This document shows, piece by piece, positions 40,141-52,100 of a stretch of 58,664 bases of DNA (position 1 is its first letter; every line of letters begins with the position of its first letter). Position numbers and translations under genes: made by a program. Origin of the DNA: a virus (taxonomy: Duplodnaviria > Caudoviricetes); the IMG/VR virus record IMGVR_UViG_3300025096_000019, positions 1 through 58,664 of that record; one strand, 5' to 3'. The notes beneath the pieces were generated by a model, which saw only the letters and a list, made by a program, of their open reading frames with translations, ran no database searches and was not told where the DNA came from.

Positions 40141-43100
40141 CTATGCTCCAAGATGTTCTCTTAATGCACCAAGACCTCTAAGACCCTCATCTCTCCGTTG
40201 AATTGTTGGATATGTGCTCAATCCAGAATCAACAGTTAGTCCTGTAACACCAATTGCAATGGCACCTGCTAGTCTAGTAATATTGTAGAATCTACCCCAT
40301 GATACATTACCAACTGGTGTAGAACCTGTGGTTCCAATACCAATAATAGGAGATGTGGAATCAACATTACATGTAATAATTCCAGCAGTAGAATCCCATG
40401 CACTAACATTATAAACATTATCTAAGAAAGTAACACCTATACCAATAACATCAGCATCTCTACTGTAAGTGGAAGTAGCACCAGCACCAATTGTAGTTCC
40501 TGAAACCAAAACTGGATATCCAGCAACTAAATTACCATATGCTACACCAGATTTTAAGATAAACTCAATACCTAATGCAGTACCTATACCAGAAGATTGT
40601 CTAATACCAGTAATAATACCAGTAAATCCTTGTATATTACCAACTACATCAATGTTCTCATAGTAAGTTTTGTTGGGATATGGTGCAAGAACTTGAGGTG
40701 GAGCAATAGTTGTATAACCAAAACCAGGATTTACAACAGTTGCAGAAGCGATTGATCCATTTGTAATTGTTGCAGTAGCAGTAGCAGTTGTCCCAATACC
40801 AACTCCAATAGCATGTGGTGCTGATATAGAGATAGATGTAGTTGCTCCAACGTATCCACTACCACCACTAGTAACATTAAGTGATGAAATAGTTCCAGCA
40901 GCAGAAACAACCGCAGTAAGTCCTGCAACAACAGGGGAAGATCCATCAATAATTATTGATCCAAAATCAGCAGTTGTTATGCTTGTATTTGGATCATTTT
41001 CTTCATATTTGAAGAATTGAGCATCATCAACAAATAATTGAGTATCAGTAGTTGAAAAGTCTCTAATAATCTTAGCAGTTGGATAAACTTGGGGTTCAAT
41101 CGATAATCTTGTCTTATAAACAGCTTCTCCATTAACAAATCCATCTACCTTCTGTTTGGTCCATTCTAGACCTCTAAAGATACTCTCATCAATACCATTA
41201 CCATCATACAAATTAGTTTCAATACTATCAGACGAAGCAACAGTAAATACTGTTCTTAAACCCTGTGTTGTGGTTATCCCATTTGAACCATCAGTCTTAT
41301 GAACTCTTACTACATCACCAGACTTAATTGATGGATTAATATTAGTAACTAAATTGCTATCACTACCACTAGTTCCTCTATAGAAGAATATTGAAACCTT
41401 ATCTTTTGGATTTGGTGCAACTGTAAAGTCGAAAGATGTTCCTCCTGTAAATGTATATGCATCACCAGGAACTTGAAGAACACCATTAATAAAGATCAAT
41501 AATAACTGATCCAACTCAATTAATGATGACTCTGGATCATTTGCATCAATTTCAAAACTTAACAATTCACCATTATAATTAAGTGGATATCTCTTTCTAT
41601 TGCCATCTTGTAGATCCACAACAGAATCAATATAATCAAATTCACCAAAGTTCCAAGAAGAGAACCTATCATTAAATGTATCAAGAACAGTAAGTTCAAA
41701 TGGTTCTCTAAAAATACCTACTCCTCTATCCGTTGGAATCCCAACAGGTGTCATTACATCTCCAATCTCATATCCAAATCCAGATCTAGTAATCTTGAAG
41801 GATTTAACTTCATGCAATGCAAGATCGCTAGGAGTTCTTGATGGAACAGTTGAATTACCAATAGCAACCGTAACAATACCAACTAATGTATGAATTGCTG
41901 AGGCAACAGTTGCACATGCAGGAGTACCTGATTGGTCTATTGTAATACTATTATCAACTACCTGAGTTCTTGTAGTAAGTGCAGTATCAGATACTCCAAC
42001 ATTAATAGTAATTAAATCATTACTTCCACTCTTAGAAGTTGCTGCAACCGCAACATTTACATTGTAATATGGATCTGTTGTGCGTGGATAAGAATGATTA
42101 GTAGCATTATTATCTCTATCACATTTAAATGTTAATCCACCAGATGAAATTCCAATGACATTTTGTGCTTTTGATAATCCACTTGTAGTCGCAGAATCAA
42201 AGTAGTGAGTTGATATGTCAGGAGAGATACCAATATTAACTCTAAACGTATTAGTAGTCTTATTAGAAATTTGTACCCAAGTTCTGCGGAATGGATCATT
42301 TAATCTTGGATATGTATGTTTAGTAGCACGTCCATCAGCATCACATTCAAATGCTAATGAATTATCAGCAAATTTAACCCAATCACCATTTTCGAATCCA
42401 TGATTGGCAATAGTGACTGTCATAATACCCGAAGTTGGGGTATAATCAGCATCAGTTACTGTATGGAAGTTTGGTCCATTAACACGATATATGTTATTTG
42501 GAATTGTTAGTACCAAATCACCCGTACCTGCATCGTAAGTGGCAGTAGAAGGGGTGGTAGTACCAATTCCAACTCCAGCATCATTCTTCATGTATAGGGC
42601 AGTAGAAGCGGCACTTACAAAGGTGTGTGTATACTGAGCAGCTGTTTGTGCGGAAATCTTTTCATTTCTCATTGCCTGAGTGGCCATAGTAGCCGCCTCT
42701 CTCATAGCATAGATTACTTGCTCCTCTTCACCTTCAACTGGTGGAGCAGCTCCTGGTGCAGCATATGTACCACCTAATGATTGATGCAAGTAAAGTTTTG
42801 CTGCATCAACGGTCATATCATTACCACCATATCTCAAGTTGTGTGCCGTTGCTTCAAGAACGTCTACAACATCATCAATACAATCTTGCTCAGTAAATCC
42901 ACCTGGATAACTATATGAAGTGAATTTATCCTTCATTCTTCTTGCAGAAAGATCACCAATAAAGAGTTTATTCTTCTCTATAAGATCTGCTGCATCACTA
43001 AACTTATTATCTGACCCTACTCCACTATTAGGTCCAACCTCTAATGATACTAATAGACTACTACCAGTATCAGTTGTAGCACCTATACCTAACCTAGATA

Positions 43101-46100
43101 CGCCACTTAAAGGAATATTATCATAAGATGGTTGTGGAACAATAACAACAGGATCAATATATCTAGTACCACCTGCTGCAATATTCAATGTATGTAATGT
43201 TCCACCTGCACCAACACTTGCAGTAATATTTGCACCAGCACCAGATCCTCCACCAGTTCCAACACCAACTGAGAAAGTATCATCATCTATTATAGTAATT
43301 GTTAAATTATTTCCATTAGCAGCAGGATCTGTTGATCTTGGATAAGTGTGTTGTGTTGCATGAAAATCTCTTGAACATGTAAATGTTAATGAATTATTAA
43401 CAAGTTGAACATTACCACCACTTCTTCCATGATTTGGAATTGTTAGAACTAATATACCAGTCTTTGCAGTATATTGTGCATTCGTAGGAGTAAATGGACC
43501 ACCAGTACCAGTAACAGCACCACTTGATGCACTTACAAAAGTATGGTCATATGCTATATCTGTTACTCCAATAGCAACAGTTGATCCCATATAACCAGAT
43601 CCATATCCATAAGGACTTGTAGTTCCCCATCCAACCGCATTAATTACGCCACTAGCATTTATCCCAACAGTTATTCCAGCACCAACAAGAGGAGCAATAC
43701 CTAAACCACCAGTAGAACCTAATGAAACAATTACTCCACCTCTAGGTAACTGATTTAAGTTTACATCAGTTTGACTTTGAATTACATCCCCATTGGTAGA
43801 ACTAATTCCAGTAAATACAACACTAGATATTCCAGGATTACCACCCTCGATATACTCATAATTATTTCCAGCATTATTAATAGTACTAGGTCTCTGGAAC
43901 ATTCCATTAATAAGAACAATACTACTTCCAGTTTGAATTCCAGTAGTATTAGCTCCACCAACACTTACTCTATATGTTTGACCAATTCCAGTAAATTCAC
44001 TAGAAATATCATCATATATCTTATTAGCAGAATAATCATTCCTTAAATAAACTCTTCCAGAAAATGTAGATCTAGGATAATCAAGATTAGAACTATTCTT
44101 AGTGGAAACAGGATTACCTTTTGGTGGATCAGTAAAGTGAATCTTACTTCCAACAATATTATATGATCCAGTATATACTCTAATAGCAGTATTTCTTGCA
44201 TGTGTAGAAGCAGTTGATCCAACAACTCCTCTTTCTACTTTTATTATGTTCTCACTTCCAAATCCGGATATTGGTCCAACAGTTGTACTACCAATACCAA
44301 CAGATATAACCTTCATATATTCATCTTCTACTTTCAACAAATTACCAGTTGTAATAGATGAAATTCCAGCAACACCAAATATTGACGATCCAGCAGAAAT
44401 TTGAGCACCATTATTGGGAGATATAGTAGTGTTTACTGGACTATATGCTATTGGTGATTGGATTATTCCATCAACAGTAAGAAGACTCTTCTCAAGTCTC
44501 TTATCCATTGTAAATGAATGAGCATTACCAGTACCAATACCAGAGAAAGTTATTGCAGTTCCTGCTAATGCATTTGCTCTTGTTGTTGCAACTTTAAAGA
44601 CATCCTTATTAGTTTTTATTGCATATACTGTTGCTGGAAGATTTGCTGCACCAGCAACCTGGATTGCACTACCAGTGATTCCAGCATAAGTTGAAGTATA
44701 ACTATATGTTAATTTCTCACCAGTATTGAAGAAATGATCGGGAAGATTAAAGTTTCCTGCTGTAGCACCAACCGATACTGTTCCTGGATCGAATGTCTTC
44801 TGGAATACTGGTACACTATTATGAGTCAGATCAAACTCTGTTCTATTAATTCTTGCACCATTCTTAGAATTATATTCCATTAATGATAGTGATTCAATAA
44901 TAGATCCATAAACCAAAACAGGAGGAGTATTTAAATCATCACTAGCATCATAAATTATCTCGTCAAATCTCTGTACATCCACAGATTGACCATTAATATC
45001 AGAAGCAGGATTAAATTGTAAGAATAATCCATTATTATTCAATTGTGGTACTAAATTACCCATACCACCAGTATGTCCAATTGAAAGAATTGGATACTCT
45101 GTCAAATAAACATTCGAACCATCATGCAACATTAATGATTGATGAATAGCAATAGTTGATCCAGAAGAAACCCTTACAGTACTCTTAACAACAGATACAT
45201 CAGAAGAGTTAATACCAACTACAGAACCAACCGCAGTACCATGACTTGCAGACGCAATATTATAATAATTAGACTCTAATCTTAATGATTTCTCAGTTCC
45301 AGCAAGTTGATTTACTGCTTTAAATCTATATGTTCCTATTCCAACAGCAGTTGTACCAAATCCAACAACTTTTGACCTAACTAAAATCTCATCAGATGTA
45401 TCATTATAATAATCCAGTGAAAGTACACCAGAATCTATCTTAGAAGTAAATGTCCCTATAAAATTAGATGAATATCCATTTGATTCCTGAGTGTCAGTAT
45501 AATAATCAGATGTATAAGAATTTGTTCCATCATGAGTAATTAACATCTCAACAAGATTTTTATCACCTGCTGTTGCATTAACAACCTCAATAGATGCAAA
45601 ATATGAATTTAAATTTGTAATTGGATCTGCAATAATTTCAGCAGTTGATCCAACACCAACAACTCTATTAACACCAGTTAAATCAATAAATCCAAAAGAT
45701 TCTGTTCCTATACCTGCAAGATCATTAATAAATTTATTTTCATAAACTTTAATATCATAATCAGTAGTGAACTCATCCTTAGGTAAAAATCTTAAAGTAC
45801 GGACACCATTGCTTATATCCCCAGTTACTTGACCTAGTTCTTCTGTAGTATTATACAGATTTGCCTTTTCTAAGGAGAATCCATCATTAGCATCACCATA
45901 TGTGATTAATTCTGTAATCTGGATATCATTACTATTAGGATCCTTAACCTGAACCAAGAATCTAGAATATTCATCATTTATTGAAATTTCTGTATATGGT
46001 AGTTGTGTTTCATCAGATTTAGAGAATTTAGAACTAATATCATCCAAATCTAATACTCTATTGGTATCACATTGGATATAATCTGATAATTTAATACTAT

Positions 46101-49100
46101 TAAACTTAATAAACTTGGATCTATTATTTCTTGAATCTTTATCAACAACTAAATCAAGATTATTAATAGTATCTACTCTCTTTTCATCTATTATATCTCT
46201 AACAATATTAGTAGCATTTGTATTGGATCCAATTCCTGCACTTGTAGAAGAAGTTATTCCAACATCAGCAAAATTCTTAAGACCACTAGTATGAAGTAAA
46301 CGATTTACAGGATTAACTAAATTTTCATACGTAATTGGACTCTTAACAGTATAAGATAAATTCTGATAGTAATCATTATCGGGCAATCTCTGGAAATCTT
46401 CACCCAACTTACCAGTATCAGTTTTCCATCCTTTATCTTGTCTTAAAGAATAATCAATATCGAATCTAGCAAAGTTATTAGTAAGAGTATTAACAGTAGC
46501 AACAGATCCACTAGCAGCACCTCTTATGACATCATTTTTTGTAAGTCTATAAGTACCTGAAACCTTAATTGAATCATTTTCAATAGCAGTTACTACAAGA
46601 TCAACGTTACTGTACTGTCCATTTAAGAAAACTGATAGATATTCACCAATTTGGAAAGGTGTAGAACTTTGTACTGTTGTGAATTTTGGATAATTATTAT
46701 AATTTACAACAGATGCATATGATTGCTGATTTGTAATAGCAACACCAGGATGAGTGGTGATAGATGATAAATCAAATTCTAATTCTGCTGGATTTGTATT
46801 TCTATACTCACTTATAGTAAAGAACTTATATCCATTATCAACTGAATTATATCCAGTTCCATAATCACTATCTTTTACGATTCCTTCTACAAAAATCTTA
46901 TCATTAGTAGCAAATGGTGCTGTGACCGTTGTAAATCCTGATATAGGTGTAACTAGAACACAAGTTACAACACCAGTCTGAGCACCAGTCTGAGGTCCTG
47001 TAACGGTCTGAATAGTAACACCATTACTATTATTAACTGTAAGTATTGTTTGTTCAAGAGAAGTTAATCCTTTTGGTGATGCAATTACTTCAACAGATTT
47101 GATTGAAGTTCCATATAAATTAGCTTCTAGTATCCCACTAATGTCTTTCTTACCAGTTTCTGGATCAACAACAATAACATTAGGAGCAGTAAGATAATTC
47201 TTACCACCATCTAAAACATCAACAGACTCAATTGTAGTTGAATCAATTAAAGAAACTAATGGTGGAACATATGCTTCTGGTCTTAAAGTCTTATCAGATG
47301 CATACTCAAACCCTGGATCCTGAATCCTAACACTATCAATTCTACTAATAGTAGTAGATTGTGGTAAAACTTCAGCATCTTTTCCATTAGTAGATGCAAT
47401 ACTTACTAAAGTTGGAAGTCGTTTATATCCAAATCCACCAAAACCAATATTAATTCTCTCTACACCACCTCTTGCAGATTTTGCCTTAGTAAGATATTTT
47501 AGAGTATCTGTATTAGATGTTGTATATGAAAGATTTTCTGGTACTTCTCTCAATGAAACACTAAAATTAGTCTCATCTACACCAAATATTGAATAATTAT
47601 CGTTATATGTACTATCAATATAATTAATATTGGAGTAATTAGAAACATCAGTATCACTAGTACTAATATATCCAGATTTTGCGAGAGTATAATATAGATT
47701 TACTGGATTATCAGCAGAATAATTTAAAGTTAATGTATTAGGAGTTCCAACTACAACAAAAGTATCTGTTGAACCAGTTGAAACAAATTCATTCTTAAAG
47801 TCAGCATCATAGAATAATTTCAGAGAATAATCAGAAAGTGAACTATGTGATAGATCAAATACTAAATTATTATTATTAATTACTGAAATTTGTGGGTTTA
47901 TTAAAGATAGTCTTTGTGCAGAACCACCCTTTGTAGTAAGATCAATAACAGTAGGTGGATATTTTACAACATCAGAATTTGTTTCCCCTAATTTAATATT
48001 AGAATCATCTATTCTATAAACATAGTATGACTCAGAATGTGCCAATCCAACGGCATTAATATTAGCACTATAGAATACTTTATCACCTGTTTTTAACGCA
48101 TGGTTAGGGATAGTTATAATATCTGTATGAGTATTAATTCCAGATGCAGCAAAACTTAATGGGTTAATAAGTAATCTATCTTTTAATGAACTGTACTCTA
48201 ATCTTACTGCTGTTGACGTACCAATACCAACAGTATTAGTAGGATTAAATATTAATTCAACTTCATCTAAATTAGATAAGTTGTGTGCAGTAGAAACAGC
48301 AACTTTTGAAGTAATTTTTTGAACATTTCCAGTTATTTGAGCAAACTGCGATTCCAAAGAATATTCAAAATTATCACCACCACCCGTAATGAAGAATAAA
48401 CCATTGGTATTTGTAGTTAATCCAACCTGAGTTGTAACTCCAATATAATGATCAGACTTATTAATAATATAAAGATCTATTTCATTACCAGAAATTGGAA
48501 TACCAAACGTAGTTCCACCAGCTGCTTTTTCGGGAGTTTCTGCTACTGTCAGATTAGTATTTAATTTTCTTGTGAATTTTACCTTCTGATTTGTCTTAAA
48601 TGGGTGATTTGGTAGATATATGCTCTGAGATGGAATCGAAACAGCATCCATGGATGCACCAACAGTGTAATTACGTGTTGTACTTACACCAACATCGGTT
48701 CCTACACCAACAGATTCCTGAGGATTGAAATAAACAATTTCATTAATTTGGGACTCAATAGGAAGAGATTTAAGAGGAATAGAGAAGTAACTTGGAATTA
48801 AATCAACAAAAGTTGATACTGTATGTGCAGTTGCAGTAATACCTCTCTTAACTCTTAGAATATTCTTCTGATCAAATACATTAATGACTGATAATTTCTC
48901 AGTTCCAATACCAATACTACTTCCAACTGATACTGACTGAGGTATTTTTGCAACATAAATGTCAGTTACAAGTCCAACAGCAGCGGTAAGATTAGCAGCA
49001 ACTTCCTTATAAAGAACAGTTCTACCAGTATCTACCCCTATTCTATGAGATCCTGTAAGTGATTTAACATCAGTAGTCAATCCAGATATTACCACATTAT

Positions 49101-52100
49101 CATCACTAAGAAGATTATGTGAAGTTGAAATATATCCAGAAACTTGATTTGCATTATCATAAACAAAGACCACATTCTGATCTGTTTCTACACTGGTATC
49201 AACACTAGTAATTGACTTACCAGTTACAGTATCTACAAATGCATTTAATCCACCACCATTAGTACCAGTATTATCAAATTTAAACTGATCACCAACAGCA
49301 TATCCAGTACCCTTCTCAATGATCTGGAAAGAATCCACAGATCCCTTAGTAACAGAATCAACAATTGATACTTGATCAATATATTCATTAGATTCAACTA
49401 TAAAGTCATTATCTGCATATGGGTCAGATACTTTATATGGGAACGTATTTCTAATTAAATTTGATTCATTAAAATCAAAATTAGTCTGATCTATTAAGAA
49501 ATTATCTTCAACAGGAATTGATCTATAGGTATCTCCAATGAAATATGGGAATTTTGGTTCCAAATCACCAGATTGGGTAAGAGAAGTTATTCCTACAAAA
49601 TATGCATATACACCATCTGGATAATCACCAGTTTTACAGAATCTACCATTACTTTCATCAAGATCTCCGGATGCATCAAATTTGTAATCCTCAACAAAAA
49701 ATCCATCACCAAATCCTGATGGTCTATCAACAACATTTAGAGTATTATCAACATATCCAGTATCTAGAATTTTTATACGAGAATCCTTATCTGCTGGATC
49801 GGTATATCCATATGGACCATAAATTGGATTTCCATCATATGCCCATCCAATAATTGGTGAGTGATTGTTTGCCTTATCATTAAAATACTGATCACCAATA
49901 GCAGTTGAATATCCAACACTAGAATATTTTAAAATATCTCCATTTTCTTCTAGAATATTATTTCCACCAAATCGTTTGAATTTATTAATACTCAAACCCC
50001 TAATATTCGCTTCTAATAATGCATTCAATCCAGCTGGATTTACTTTAATAGAAGTCTTATCTTCAGTATAATTAACACCACTATTCAATATAATAACTTC
50101 AGTAATCACACCAGCAGTAACTACTGCCCTCAATTTAGCACCAATACCATCACCTTGAACTTCTAAATCAGGAGCAGAAGTATAATCTTCACCACCTGTT
50201 TGAATATCAATAGCAGTAATAGATCCACTAGTTGTCCCAATACCTACCGAATTATTTGTAATAATTGGTTTTAATTGGGCATTCTTACCATTCTTAATTA
50301 AGATTGTTGGTTTTTTCTCAAAATTGAGAACAGTACTTCCATAACCAGTACCAACTTCATATGTTTGAACATCAACAATTGGTCCACGAACAATAGGAGT
50401 AGCAGTTATTCCTGTCGTTCTTCCTGCTGCCACAGGAGAATATTCAACATCAATATTTAATTCAATATTTGGATATTTAAATGTATGCCAAGCAGTAATA
50501 CTCGTTCCAGTAATATATGTGGGAACAGCATCAAATCTAACATAATTACCTCGTTCATAATTTGATGTTATTGTTCCACCAACCCCAGCATTAGCAAGTC
50601 TGAATGAATTATCATCAATTTTAATAACTTGATAATGAACAGTACTTGTTGAAAATCCTGAATGTGATACTAATCCCGACATAGATTGAGAGGTTGTGTA
50701 CCAAACTTTCTCACCATCATTAAATCCATGATTATCGAAAGTAATTATATTTGAAGAAGTGGAAATACCACTTGCTTTAACGTTTATTACTCTATTTTCA
50801 TATCCACTTCCTGGATTTAATACTTTAATTGATTCTAATGTATTTTTTGGTTCAAAAAGTCTAAATTTATGAATACCATATGTACCTATTGTAGTAAATC
50901 CAACTGTATTAATTCCAGCAGTATAATCAGAAGAGGTTGCATATAACTGAACTGTGTTTATACCAACAACTTTTGGATAGTAAACATTGCCATCTTCTAA
51001 CCAAGTACCTTGATTTGTATTATTACCTTTAAATACCCCTATTCCAAGTTTATCATTTCCATTCTTATCATAAACAAGAGCTTGGCCATTTGCAAGATTA
51101 TGAACTTGTTGGAAAGTTAAAACTTCATTATTGATATCAACTCCACCACCTTGAGTTGTTATTCTTGCATCAAATGTTAGTTCTCTATATCTTTTAGGAA
51201 TCTGAGCTTCTAAACTACATCCATTACCATTACCACCAGTAATAGTTACTGATAATACCTTTTCAATATCAAAATCCTGAGGATCGACTTGTACTTCTAA
51301 TACATTACCTCTAACAGAAGGATTCGATAAAGAAGTCGTTCCCATTGCAGGACTTGCAATAGTAATAGTTGGAGGATTAAGTATATCATAATTAGATCCA
51401 CCATTCAATAAATCAATACCTGTTAATGGACCATAATAAATTTTATCATCAGACTTATAATTTGTTATCTCAACACCATTTTTTAAAAGTCCAACACCAC
51501 CAGGTACAGTTTTAGTAGCTGATCCAGATTTAATATTCGAATTTATTGGGAATTTTTTAAGTAGTTGTTGAGATCCTACCTTTTTACCTTTATGTACTGC
51601 CAGATAGAAAGTCTGTTTACCATTTCCAGGAGAAAGAGGTTTAAATTCAACATATCCATCAGCATGTATAAAGGATCTTGAAGTGTATAACTTAATCTGA
51701 TTACTATTAGGTAATACTCTTACATAATAAATCCCTTCTTCTAATCCATTAATTGGAGTACTTTCTGGTGAATAGTATACTTCATCTCCTGTAATAAATG
51801 GTACAGCACTAGGAAAGGATATAATTGACCATTTTTGTGTATTACCATCAAATCCTTGAATAGAAGATCCAGATGCATCTGCTATTTCAGCAAACGAAAT
51901 GTTCTCATTAATAGCATATGAAGGTAGTGAATTGGAAGCAACGTATATGTTCTCATCTCTATCATTATAAACATTCTGAACATCAGAAGTTAATATATTA
52001 TTTCCAAATTGTAGGTCTGCACCTGTACTAACTGCTCTCTTTAAAGATCTTCTTAAATCATACTTTATACCATATGTGGGGGTCCAACCCTGCAAGTTGT

